Notes: generated from the letters alone by a model not told the origin. Numbered from the stretch's first letter, positions 10,066-20,502 are shown. The stretch: 64,000 bases of DNA from an uncultured Verrucomicrobiae bacterium (GCA_963837955.1 CAWIPH010000002.1:1280001-1344000), one strand, 5' to 3'. Numbers and translations: made by a program.

Positions 10066-11190
10066 CCGGTCCCGCTACGGACGTCAGAACGTAGTCCAGC
10101 AATTTATTGCTGGGTAAATTGTAAACAAAGACGGTACCGTCCCGCCAGGGACGACACGAAAGTAGCCCAGCACGAAGTGCTGGGGAGGCGTTCAAAAAAG
10201 TGACCCGTCCCGGACGGGACGATCGAAAGAGGTTCGCATGGAAATGAGTGGTATTAAGCGAAAGATCAACAAAACGTATAAATATAGTGTTGTGATACTG
10301 ACTGATTCATGCGAGAACATGCTCTCATGGCGCATACATTCTACTCACTGAATGTTCATTGCATTTTTAGTACCAAAGATCGTGTTCCATTACTCAGCCC
10401 TGAGGTTAGAGAACGTCTGTGGCCATACTTGGGCGGTATCGCCAAGCAAAACGGCGTTAGGCCAGCATGCGTTGGGGGTGTCGCAGACCATGCACATCTT
10501 CTACTTTCAATACCGACCACCATGGCGATCGCCAAAGCCATCCAATTGATCAAGGCAGGATCGTCGGCCTGGATACACGATACGTTTCGGGAACTACACA
10601 ACTTTGCGTGGCAAGAAGGTTATGGCGCCTTCAGCGTGAGCGTCTCCCAGGTTGCGGAAACCGTCGAATACATCAAGAACCAAGCCGAGCATCACCGAAC
10701 GCGAAGCTTCCAAGAAGAGTACCTTGCGTTTCTAAAAAAACATAACCTGGAGTTTGACCACAAATATCCCTGGAACTGAGAAACACGCTTCGATCGTCCC
10801 GTCCGGGACGGATCGGTCTTTTGAACGCCACCCAGCACTTCGTGCTGGGCTACTTTCATTGAGTCCCTCCGGGACGAGTCTTCTGCGCATGCTTCTAAGC
10901 CTCATGTTGACGCGCATGCGCGGCCGCGGGAGTGGGCTACTTTCATAACGTCCCTGGCGGGACCGGAACCGCCGTTATCTATCGATCCCCGCAATAAATT
11001 GCTGGGCTTCTTTTCATTGAGTCCCTCGGGGGACGACTCCTCTCCGCGCATATCCTTCCTCTTGTGTTGACGCGCATGCGCAGCCGGGGGACCGGGCTAT
11101 TTTCACGATATCCCTGCCCGGATGGAACCGCCATTTGTCGATCCCGCAACGAATTGCTGGGCCACTTTCGTGACTCCTCGAGGATGCGGG
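10066..11190. mobile_element. Y1 transposase locus with nested inverted palindromic arms (IS200-like or REP-associated)
   Basis: arms 10158-10227 and 10789-10857 are reverse complements; further degenerate arm copies on both sides. Confidence 0.75.
10327..10779 (+). CDS. tnpA: IS200/IS605-family HUH (Y1) transposase
   Basis: HCIFSTKDR, DHAH (HUH), WQEGYGAFSV, YIKNQ catalytic Tyr. Confidence 0.9.
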   Translation: MAHTFYSLNVHCIFSTKDRVPLLSPEVRERLWPYLGGIAKQNGVRPACVGGVADHAHLLLSIPTTMAIAKAIQLIKAGSSAWIHDTFRELHNFAWQEGYGAFSVSVSQVAETVEYIKNQAEHHRTRSFQEEYLAFLKKHNLEFDHKYPWN

Positions 11191-12636
11191 CTACTGCTTG
11201 GTGTAGGCGACGAGACTGATGCGTTGTGGCAGCAGGAACATAATTCGTCGGCCAAAAAACGACGCTTTTCGCAATCTCCAGCGAGCAAAATCATACCCCG
11301 TAACGGAGGTTGTTTGCCAGGAAGGATCGATCTCGCCGATCTTCTGATCGGAGGAAACCACACACGCCGCAGGACCGGGTTCATTCATGAAATGATTCAA
11401 TTCGCCCGGCTCCAACCTCTGATGAAAGGGCTTGGTCTTATACCGAAGATACCAGATGAGACTCTGTTCATCGTATCCGATCGAGGCGGTACGGGTTGAG
11501 GGTGAAAGCTGCCCTGCGATCTGCTCGAAAATAGTTTTCGAAGGAAAGGATGGGGCTATCAACTTGAATCCGATGGTAGCAACGAGCAGATAAGCGCCAA
11601 TCGCAAGCACCGCGAGAACCCGGCTCAAACGACTATCATGGATCGTTCGCCCCACCAAAATAGCGATGAGCGGGAAGGCCGGTAGGGTGTAATGCGGCAA
11701 CTTCGTCTGCAGGAGAGTGAATACGAGAAAGACGACACCTATCCCAGAGAGCGCATAGCGCTCGAATGTATCAAGCCCAACCCACAACCGCTGAACGGCT
11801 GCCGGTAGAAATAGGGACCATGGGAAAAAGCTGAAGAAGACAGTAACGAAATAGAACGGCAGGAGCAGAAAGTAGCCGCCCCATCCGGAAGCGCCATGGC
11901 TCTGTAACGGTGCTACCGATCGCATCACCACGTGTTTGCCGATACCAACCTGGAAGAATTCGCCGTGCGTTAGAACAAGCGCGGGTATTCCCCAAATTCC
12001 AATGATCACCAGTACGAGGAAGAACCCGGAGAGCGCGGATTGCAGTCGAAGACGCAACGGTGTTCGCGTCCAAAGATGGAAGAGCAGCAACGCCACGACC
12101 GGCAGAAAGGCGACAGGGCCTTTCGCCAAAAAACCGCCAGCCAATGAAAGGTAGAAACAACTCCAAAGGAGCAGCGATCGTTGCCCCTGGCTCCTTTCCC
12201 ACGCGGCCCAACTTGTCGCGATAAAAAAGAAAATCATCGGCATGTCAGCGACCGCCGCACGGCCATGAATGAAGATTTGGAGACAGGTCCCGAAGATCAA
12301 ACCAGACCAGAAGCCGACTGAAGCACCATACAATCGAGTGGCCCAGGCCGCGGTCAGGACTACAGCCGCAGCTGCAAATAGGGCGGATGGAAACCGGACA
12401 GCAAAATCGCTCTCGCCGAAAATCGTGCTGCTGGCGACCTGGCACCAGTAGATTAATGGCGGCTTATCAAAGCGATATGCTCCGTTCACTCGCGGAATGA
12501 CGAAGTCGCCGCTTTGCCTCATCTCTCGGGAGGCCTCCGCAAATCGCGGTTCGTCTCGGTCGATGAGCGGCAGCGTGTTGTTGCCTAGTGATTCCAGTAG
12601 TAAGACAGGAAGAAAAAGGAATAGAAGCAGGCGCAT
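11191..12636 (-). CDS. ArnT/PMT-family (GT83/GT39) membrane glycosyltransferase
   Basis: DRDEPRFAEASREM, FDKPPLIYW, RFPSA, LAKGPV, TKLPHY; many TM segments; ATG 12636 preferred as start. Confidence 0.85.
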   Translation of the reverse strand: MRLLLFLFLPVLLLESLGNNTLPLIDRDEPRFAEASREMRQSGDFVIPRVNGAYRFDKPPLIYWCQVASSTIFGESDFAVRFPSALFAAAAVVLTAAWATRLYGASVGFWSGLIFGTCLQIFIHGRAAVADMPMIFFFIATSWAAWERSQGQRSLLLWSCFYLSLAGGFLAKGPVAFLPVVALLLFHLWTRTPLRLRLQSALSGFFLVLVIIGIWGIPALVLTHGEFFQVGIGKHVVMRSVAPLQSHGASGWGGYFLLLPFYFVTVFFSFFPWSLFLPAAVQRLWVGLDTFERYALSGIGVVFLVFTLLQTKLPHYTLPAFPLIAILVGRTIHDSRLSRVLAVLAIGAYLLVATIGFKLIAPSFPSKTIFEQIAGQLSPSTRTASIGYDEQSLIWYLRYKTKPFHQRLEPGELNHFMNEPGPAACVVSSDQKIGEIDPSWQTTSVTGYDFARWRLRKASFFGRRIMFLLPQRISLVAYTKQ

Positions 12637-12692
12637 TTCGGTAGCAATGATCGAGTCGACAAGACGCAGCAGAATGGCACAAGGTTGAGACA

Positions 12693-13376
12693 ATGGAAGA
12701 TCGGAAGCTACCGGAAGAGAACAAACGGAGACGTGCTTGGACAAAAGGTATTGTCTGGTTTTTTGTCCTGATCGTTGCTGCTCTGGTCGGATTTTTGCTG
12801 GACCCGCTCATTTTGCAGGCCGCGGCCGAGCATTCCAATAAGTCGCTTAGGAATTTCGCCGGCCTCCTTTCAAAAATTGGAGATTGGCCAGAGTTGATGA
12901 TTTTTGGCTTGGTCGTGTTGTTCTTGGTCCGGAACAATCGACGTTTAGTTAATGCCGTTCTTTGCATGATGATTGCCGCTACTCTGGCGGGAGCCGCGGT
13001 GAACAGTATTCGGCTGTTGTCCGGTCGGGCCCGCCCAAATAACACCGAAGTCGTGCCTGGATGGTACGGCGTCTGGCACGATGGCAAGTGGTTACTCGAC
13101 AAGTATAAGTATCATTCTTTTCCTTCCGGACACACGGGCTCGGCCGTGGCGTTCTTCGGTGTGCTCGGATTCGCGTTTCGGCGATGGTATTGGGCTTTTC
13201 TCCTGATCGGCTTGGCTATCGGCTGGTCCCGAATCTGTCTCAACGCCCATTATTTCTCGGACGTGCTTGTCGGCGCGGTAATCGGACTTTACTTCGCTCA
13301 ATTCACCTGGGAACGGATTGGGCCATGGCTAGAGGAGAGGTGGAGGAAGGAAAGGCAGAGCGGAGTACAGGAGTGA
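12693..13376 (+). CDS. PAP2-family phosphatase
   Basis: GRARP, SFPSGH, SRICLNAHYFSDV. Confidence 0.9.
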   Translation: MEDRKLPEENKRRRAWTKGIVWFFVLIVAALVGFLLDPLILQAAAEHSNKSLRNFAGLLSKIGDWPELMIFGLVVLFLVRNNRRLVNAVLCMMIAATLAGAAVNSIRLLSGRARPNNTEVVPGWYGVWHDGKWLLDKYKYHSFPSGHTGSAVAFFGVLGFAFRRWYWAFLLIGLAIGWSRICLNAHYFSDVLVGAVIGLYFAQFTWERIGPWLEERWRKERQSGVQE

Positions 13377-13394
13377 TGGAGTATTGGAGTAATG
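13362..13394. repeat. GGAGTRAT-type 8-mer array (left arm)
   Basis: GGAGTACA GGAGTGAT GGAGTATT GGAGTAAT; complementary to 13846-13874. Confidence 0.8.
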
Positions 13395-13396
13395 CC

Positions 13397-13849
13397 TTAG
13401 CAGTGGTCGGAGTCAGCGGCCATGTAAATGCTGTTGGATTCGCTGACGATCAGCGTTTCGGTCCAGGTGCCGGAATCTCGTTTGCGTTCTAGAGATTCAA
13501 CAAGACGCAGAAGGCCGTTTTCCAATTTGAATGCTTGGCCATCGAGTATTTCGAAATCCTCATCGCCGAGTTGATTTGCCTTCTGGTAGGCGTGATAGCC
13601 CGAGACGCTCTCTCCGAGCGAAGCGAGTGCAATGTAAAGGTATTGGATGTATTCTCGAATTGACCTGCGACAATAGCCCTCAGCAATATTCCGGTGGATG
13701 GAATCGCTAGAGGCGATCGCCTGAGCAACAACGCGCTTCATTTCGAAGGGGAATGGCTTTAGTAGGCGGCAGGTCTCGACGTACAAAGCGATGGCATCCT
13801 GCCAGACCCGGAGCTTCTGGTAACCACGATTCCTGTTCTTTCTTTCCAT
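13397..13849 (-). CDS. four-helix-bundle protein (23S rRNA IVP-like family)
   Basis: YQKLRVWQDA, SIHRNIAEGY.R, YLYIALASLGE. Confidence 0.85.
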   Translation of the reverse strand: MERKNRNRGYQKLRVWQDAIALYVETCRLLKPFPFEMKRVVAQAIASSDSIHRNIAEGYCRRSIREYIQYLYIALASLGESVSGYHAYQKANQLGDEDFEILDGQAFKLENGLLRLVESLERKRDSGTWTETLIVSESNSIYMAADSDHC

Positions 13850-13874
13850 CACTCCATTACTCCATTACTCCATT
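13846..13874. repeat. CCATYACT-type 8-mer array (right arm)
   Basis: CCATCACT CCATTACT CCATTACT CCATT. Confidence 0.8.
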
Positions 13875-13883
13875 TCTGCTTTC

Positions 13884-15024
13884 TCACACCTCTTCCTCGC
13901 TAGCGCCCTTCTTGTTCGTCAATCCGCGCAATTTACCCTCGATAAAGGCGTCCAAATCGCCGTCCATCACCGCCTGCACATTGCTAGTCTCGATTCCAGT
14001 CCGGTGATCCTTGACTATCTGATAGGGCTGAAACACGTAAGAGCGAATCTGGCTACCCCACGCTATATCCCCCTTCTCGCCATACTGCCGGTCCAGCTCG
14101 GCGCGTTTCTTATCCTGTTCGATCTGATAAAGCTTTGCTTTCAACATGTTCAGCGCCAGTTGACGGTTCCGGCCTTGGCTCCGTTCCGCTTGACATGCCA
14201 CCACAATGCCAGTTGGCAGGTGGGTGAGTCGAACCGCAGTCTCGACCTTGTTCACGTTCTGGCCGCCTTTGCCGCCGCTTCGAAAAGTGTCAATGACGAG
14301 GTCGCTTTCGTTGATCTCGATGTCGACGTTCTCTGCCAATTCCGGAACGACGTCGACGCTGGCAAACGAGGTATGCCTGCGCTTATTTGAATCAAACGGA
14401 GAGATACGCACCAGCCGATGCACTCCACGTTCGGTTTGTAAGTAGCCGTAACCATAGTCACCGGCCACGCGCACCGTGACCGATTTGACGCCGGCTTCGT
14501 CACCTTGCTGGATGTCAACGATTTGGCTGGAGAAACCGCTTCGTTCTATCCAGCGCTGATACATCCGCAGAAGCATGTCTGCCCAATCACACGATTCGGT
14601 ACCGCCGGCGCCCGCGTGGATAGTCAAAAAGGCGTTGTTCTTGTCGAATTCACCGGACAAAAGCATTTTCAACTCGAATTTTTCGAGTTCACCCAGAACA
14701 GCTCCATAGTCCTGCCGAATCTCACGAAACGCAGTCGCTTGAGTGTCCGAATCACTTTCCTCCTCAGCCAGCGAACGTAAGATCTCGAGATCGTCGGTTT
14801 TCTGGATGAGCTCCGCAAGCGGCTGCACCTTGGCTCGGATCAAGCTGGTTTCGTCGATGACTTTTTGTGCTTGCTCTTTGCTGTTCCAGAAATCGGAAGC
14901 AGCCATTTTATCTTCTAATTCTGCCAGACGGGCCTGGAGCTTGGTGTAGTCAAAGATACCTCCGCAGCTCGCCGATGCGCGACTTGAGTTCGTCTGTGCG
15001 AATCGCCTGAAAATCGACTTCCAT
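13884..15024 (-). CDS. prfB: peptide chain release factor 2 with programmed +1 frameshift
   Basis: SPF and GGQ motifs; 24-aa first ORF MEVDFQ...RRYL from ATG 15024 ends in CTT TGA C. Confidence 0.95.
14949..14963 (-). promoter_or_regulatory. RF2 autoregulatory frameshift site
   Basis: minus strand GGAGGT AT CTT TGA C: internal SD-like sequence plus slippery site. Confidence 0.95.
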
Positions 15025-15128
15025 AAGTTTAGAACGGTGGCGTAGGGCGGAAACGAAGTAAAGAGCGACGTAGGTGCTGGGATCGGTGATCGGTTAAAGC
15101 GCGTGACATGTGAAACAAAGCAAATGTT

Positions 15129-15365
15129 GAGACGCACCTTCAGTGCTCCCCGGGGCTTCGCCTGGGCGAAGCCCTCTGGTCACGTCATTCATTGATTCGA
15201 TAATATTCGACGCCGCGGTCAGGCTACGAGATTTGGCGTTCGGTTGATGACGGCCGTTGGGTAGAAGATTTCTTGCGCTCCTTCAGAGCGGACGCGCATT
15301 TTTGGGTTACCCAGGGTTACGCAAAGCCTCCACCCTGGGCTGAGTCCTTTAACGCCTTCGGCGTA
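15129..15365. repeat. degenerate palindromic element(s), CCTTCAG family
   Basis: GAGACGCACCTTCAGTGC shared with 29420-29437; GGGCTTCGCC..GGCGAAGCCC and CCCAGGG..CCCTGGG hairpins. Confidence 0.6.
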
Positions 15366-15398
15366 CCAACCTGTAACTTGCAACTTGTAACCTCTCCT

Positions 15399-15890
15399 TC
15401 ACGACAAATTCGTTTGTCTCAACGCGACGAGATCGGGGTCGGTTTGCGCGCTCACCCTAAAGGCCGGATCGAGCTTGCAGGCTTGCTGCAGATATAATTT
15501 GGCCTCGCTCAGCTGGTCCAACTGAGCATGATAGCAAGCCAAATTGAAGTGGATCGTCGCACAATTCGGAAACGAGAGAATCGCTTCTTCTAACACACTC
15601 AAAGCTGCCGCCAAACTGATTGCGCGCCGAGTTGCAAAAGCCAGTGCGACCGGCCAATTTGGATCCTGAGGCTCGCGACTGGCCAGGCGTTCTGCAACTG
15701 ACATGGCTTCAGACCATTTCTCCCATCCTTGATATAACTCCAGCCAAGCGATTAGGATAGGCGTAGAGTCCCGAACCGATTTGGGCAATTCTTCGAGTTC
15801 GCGGACCGCCTCTTGAAACATCTTTAGATCCGTAAACCCGCTGGAAGCGAGAATGCTCCGTCGAATTTGGGATTCAGTCCACTCTTCCAA
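15399..15890 (-). CDS. TPR-like protein
   Basis: A..ELEEL; IHFNLACYHAQL...A..YL..A..LDP; DPDL C-terminal motif. Confidence 0.7.
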   Translation of the reverse strand: MEEWTESQIRRSILASSGFTDLKMFQEAVRELEELPKSVRDSTPILIAWLELYQGWEKWSEAMSVAERLASREPQDPNWPVALAFATRRAISLAAALSVLEEAILSFPNCATIHFNLACYHAQLDQLSEAKLYLQQACKLDPAFRVSAQTDPDLVALRQTNLS

Positions 15891-15991
15891 ACAAATCCTC
15901 TCGAGGGTTAGAGGTTAGCAGATTCTAGATTCTGCGAGCTGCTTCGATTGAAGGGAAACGGCAAACGGCTAACCGTCAACCAAAAAACAGA

Positions 15992-17793
15992 CTAATATAC
16001 ATCTCGCTGATAGCGTTTATCGCGACGCAACCCAGCCATGTACTCTTCGGTCTGGCCGTCGGATAGATTCCCGGCGGTTTGGCAAATTTGGCGAAGCGCG
16101 TTGTCGACATCTTTCGCCATTCGCTTGGCGTCTCCGCAGACATAGACATGGGACCCGCGCTGGAGCCAATTCCAGACCTCGTTGGCGCGCTCTAACAAGC
16201 GATGTTGGACGTAAATCTTATGGTCCTGGTCCCGCGAAAATGCGGTGTCTAAGCGTGTCAATATTCCCTTTTCCACCATTTGCGACAGTTCGGCCTGATA
16301 GAAGAAATCACTGGTTGCGCGCTGCTCCCCGAAGAATAACCAGTTTGCTCCTGTAGCGCCGGTCGCCTGCCGTTCCTGCAGAAATGCCCGAAATGGAGCT
16401 ACGCCGGTTCCTGGTCCGATCATGATGATCGATAGCGTCGGATCCGTTGGTAGCCGAAAGTTTGGCGAGTGATGAACAAAGACCGGAAGTGAGCCGCCGG
16501 ATTGGATTCGATCTGCCAAAAAGGTGGAGCAGATTCCTTTGCGGCACTGTTGCGCACTTGATACCGAACAATACTGACCGTGAGATGCACCTCTCCCGGT
16601 ACCGCTTTGAGGCTTGATGAAATCGAGTAGAGGCGGGGTTGCAGCTTGCGAAGATGAGGCACCAACTCGGCCGGTCCCAGCGTAAGTCCCGGATATGCAA
16701 GTAAGAGATCAAGGAGATCCCGTTCCTCCAGAAGCGCTTTTTGCGCGCTTGTCTTCGCCGGAGAGAGCAGAGCTTGGAGTTCGGAATCGCCGGTTCTAGC
16801 GGCGACTTCTTTTAAAAATGCTGACTGCAGTCGGTTTACGTCGTAGCATTGGGAGAGGGCAAGACGGAAACTCGTCTCGGAACCGTCTGGAGCTGCCACT
16901 GCTTCCTCTCCATCGCAGCCTAAGGACTGAATTATTTGATCGACGAGCTGAGGGCAATTGGCGGGGAAAATCCCAAGGGCGTCCCCGACTTCGTAAGACG
17001 GGCCGTCTGGACCAAGGGCAATTTCGAAATGCCGTGTTTCCTTCTCAGAGCCTTCCCCATTTAGCAGGCGATTGACCAACAAACGTGCGGGGAAAGGACG
17101 TTCCTTTGTCCCGATTTTTGGCGGAGAAGCGGTACCGGAGGGCGATGCTGCGTTTGGCGGCATTGCTGCGGCAGAGTTGGACGCCTTCACCGATTCGACC
17201 CTTGGTTTCGCTGCTTCGAGCACACTGAAAACACCGTCCATCCAGCCTTGGGCTGGTTTTTCAAAATCTACGTCGCAGTCCATCCGCTCGAATAGACATT
17301 TGGCGCCAAGAAGGCTGAGCTGGTGGTCGAAATCTTTGCCGCACTTGCAAAAATGTTCGTAGTTAGTATCTCCGAGGGCCAACACAGAATATTGCAGATG
17401 ACTAAGCGAGAATCCGGGCGGCGGCTGCATGAGTTCCGCGTGAAAGGTTTTCGCGTTGCCCGGTGGGTCTCCGTCCCCATATGTGCTCGTAACGAATAGC
17501 ACGAACTCCTGAGAAGTAAGCGAGCCGAGATTGACCTTGTCCAAGCAGACTGCCGCGGAGTCGAAACCGTGTTGGACCGCCGCTTTGGAAAGCCGCTTCG
17601 AGAACGCCTCCGCATTGCCAGTTTCGCTCCCATAATAGATCGCAATCTCTTTACGCGGGCTAGCCGGTTGATCTTCAACGTTGCTCTGTGAAAATAGACC
17701 CGCCAGAAACCCGTTGAGCCACGCGCGTTGGGCGGGGGAGAACGGAGCGTTTTCCGGAACGAAAGGTACCGGCTGGGGGTGATGTAAAGTCAT
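15992..17793 (-). CDS. sulfite reductase flavoprotein-like (CysJ-type diflavin reductase), frameshifted near 16545
   Basis: PENAPFSPAQRAWLNGFLAG, YGSETGNAE flavodoxin, RLYSISSS; RKGICSTFL, GPGTGVAPF, YVCGD and RYQRDVY continue in another frame. Confidence 0.85.
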
Positions 17794-17798
17794 TGGAG

Positions 17799-19584
17799 TT
17801 ACTCGTTGGAAAAGATCTCCTGTAGCTGCTTTACCTCGTGCCTCGACACGAACTGGATGAATGATTCGTTCCCTGACCTGCGCTCTAGATAGATTTTCAT
17901 AACTTTCTCCAATAAGCGGCGGCAGCTCCGAGAAAGGGACGTTATGAAATACCTGCTTGCCCAGCAGTTGTTCATACCCAGATCGTCCACCAAAAAAGAC
18001 ATGGTAAGCTTCTCGCTGGTTTTCATTATGTCCGATTTTCACGCCGAGTAAGCCGATGTCGCCTATGTAATGCTGCGCACAGGAATTCGGACAACCGGTC
18101 AAATGGATATTAATCGGTTGATCGAGATGAACTCTCCGCTCCAGATACCGGGCGAGTTCAATCGCCTGGCCTTTCGTGTTCGTCGCGGCGAATTTGCATC
18201 CGGTATTTCCAGTGCACGCGATCACGCCACCGGTGATGCTGGCGGCTTCGTGATGCAGTCCAATTCGAACCAGATTGCGTTTGACTGTCTCCACAAACCC
18301 GTCGGGGATATCCGGCAAGATTAAGTTTTGCCAAACTGTCAGCCGGAGATCTCCTGAACCATAGTTGCGGGCTAGATCGGCGATTCGTCGCATTTGCCGA
18401 ACCCGAAGCCGTCCGACCGGAATGGCAACGCCGATGTAGTTACGATTCTTCTGCGATTGTTTATAAACCCCGAGATGCCCATGCAAAACTGGCGGGTGAG
18501 GAGGGACGCACTTTTCCAGAGGGAAGAAAGTCAGCGGAAAAGAAAGCTTCTTCTCTACCTCTTCGAGAAACTTCGGGATTCCCCAACGATCGATCAGATA
18601 TTTGAGTCGTGCCTTTTTGCGGTTTGTCCGATCGCCGTGTTCTATGAACACCCGGATAATGGCCGCGCCGACCGCAATCGACTGCTCCGGTAGGACGATA
18701 ATCCCCGCGTCGGCGGCAAACTGTTGATGTCCGGTAATCCCCGCGAGATGCACTCGGAAGTAGACGCCGGCGGGCACCGTTTCGCCTTCCTTCACTTTTG
18801 TGGCGACAAACCCGATATCGTTTGTATCGGCGACCACGCTCACGCTGCCGCCGCCATCAAACCCAACATTAAATTTGCGCGGAAGATCATAAAGATCGCG
18901 GTTATTGAGGATGTAATAATGCAGCGCTTTGGCGTACGGCTGCGTATCGAGAATCTCCGAGGGATCGAATCCCGCTGTAGGAGATGCAGTGATGTTTCGG
19001 ACGTTATCTACCCCTGAGCCTCGCGAAGTGAGTCCCAGCTCTTGCAGCTTGAGAAGCACTTTGACGATGTGTTTCGGTGCGATCTCCCGGATCTGCATGT
19101 TCGCTCGCGTCGTGATATCCGCATAACCTTTGCCCCAGTCTTCTGCGATCTCCGAGAGACCCCGGAACTGTTCAGCAGTCAGCTGGCCCGCGGGGACCCG
19201 GCAGCGGAGCATGAAAGCATCCTGGGCAGGAGCGACATAGAAAAGGCCGTGATAACGGAATCGGAACGTATCCGCCTTGTCTGGGAACTTATTCTCTTCA
19301 GCGTGCGCCAAGAGTTTGTCCCAGACGTCCAACCCGTGTTGCTCTAGTTTCCAGGTCTCCTGTTCACAAAGATCAGAGATAGGGGTTCCGAAAACAGTTC
19401 CCTCTTCTGCAGTCGGCTGAGCCGCAAGATTGGCAACCCCTTGTCCGGCTTGCGCCGTAAATTTTCCATTTGGCAGTTGTCCAACAAAAGGGGAAACAGC
19501 CCGAGCTGTTACTCCTGCGAAAAAGCCCTGTAAATATTCTTTCTGCTCTTCGGTGAATTTCTCACCGGCTTGGATGGATTCCAT
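17799..19584 (-). CDS. nirA: ferredoxin-nitrite reductase NirA, frameshifted near 17913
   Basis: TTRANMQIR, DNVRN, LPRKFN, CTGNTGC...GCPNSC siroheme/4Fe-4S ligands; natural C-terminus LLEKVMKIYLERR..ESFIQFV in another frame ending at 17799. Confidence 0.85.
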
Positions 19585-19619
19585 GAACGTGTTAGACGAC
19601 CCACGAGATCAATCTGGAA

Positions 19620-20459
19620 CTAACTGGCAAGATGGGGTTCTACGGCCGGTTCTGGATGCGCAACCGCAGTTGAGCCGGTCTTGTACGTCCAATACAAAGC
19701 AAATCCGGTGAGGAGGGCGCCACTGAGGAAATTGCCGATAGTTACCGGAATCTGATTCCAAAGCCACCAATCCGCGATGGTTACTTTGGCGCCCAGAAGC
19801 ATCCCGGCCGGAATAACGAACATGTTGACAATCGAGTGCTCGAATCCCTGAGCAAAGAAAATAAAGATCGGGAGCCAGGCTGCCGCGATTTTCCCAAGGG
19901 TGGATCGGGAGGTCATCCCCATCACCACGCCAAGCGTAACCATCCAATTACAAAGGATAGCCTTAATAAAAACTGTCGCTAATCCCGCGGCGCCGAACTT
20001 GGCGTAACCGGTCGTTTTTGCTTGAGCTATGGCCACGAGCTTCGCGGCAACTCCAGAAGCGTCCGGAGATTGCCCACACATCGAGAGCGCTGCGGCGAAG
20101 AGGCATGCGTAAAACAGGCTCCCAATCAGATTTCCAAGCAGTACCCAGCCGAAATTGGTTAGCATTGCCGTGACGGAGAGCCTTTTGTCGCTTACGGCTA
20201 GTGGCAGGATAGCAAAGCTCCCGGTAGCTAACTCCAGTCCCAGCAGCACAATAATTACGAAGCCGACCGGGAAAATCAGAGCTCCTACTAGCGGCACATT
20301 CGTTTGGACCGTGGCGGTAACCGCTAGGCTTGTAGCAAAACCGAGCAAGGCGCCCGACAATGCTCCGCGGATAAGGAGATCTTTTACCGGCAACGCACCT
20401 TTGGTGCCACCGGCGACGACCATGGCCTGTACAACCTCGGCAGGTTTAACGTAGTCCAT
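19620..20459 (-). CDS. formate/nitrite transporter (FNT family)
   Basis: FPVGF..LELATG, GNLIG, KAILCNWMV, GFEHSIVNM, GNFLSG. Confidence 0.9.
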   Translation of the reverse strand: MDYVKPAEVVQAMVVAGGTKGALPVKDLLIRGALSGALLGFATSLAVTATVQTNVPLVGALIFPVGFVIIVLLGLELATGSFAILPLAVSDKRLSVTAMLTNFGWVLLGNLIGSLFYACLFAAALSMCGQSPDASGVAAKLVAIAQAKTTGYAKFGAAGLATVFIKAILCNWMVTLGVVMGMTSRSTLGKIAAAWLPIFIFFAQGFEHSIVNMFVIPAGMLLGAKVTIADWWLWNQIPVTIGNFLSGALLTGFALYWTYKTGSTAVAHPEPAVEPHLAS

Positions 20460-20486
20460 AGAATTAAGGGGGTTTGCGACTAGGGC

Positions 20487-20502
20487 AGCGTTAACTGTGC
20501 CA
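20487..20502 (-). promoter_or_regulatory. sigma54 (-24/-12) promoter of the FNT-nirA operon
   Basis: TGGCAC AGTTA ACGCT = GG-N10-GC. Confidence 0.65.

Noticed and set aside
13397..13849. Diversity-generating retroelement (Avd-like gene)
   Set aside because: No reverse transcriptase or TR/VR pair in the window
15025..15137. N-terminal extension of RF2 in the ORF track
   Set aside because: The true start is in another frame, joined by the programmed frameshift
16420..19584. Genuine 1054-aa NirA-flavoprotein fusion
   Set aside because: The natural NirA C-terminus and stop lie in another frame and the flavoprotein has its own ATG; best explained by an indel
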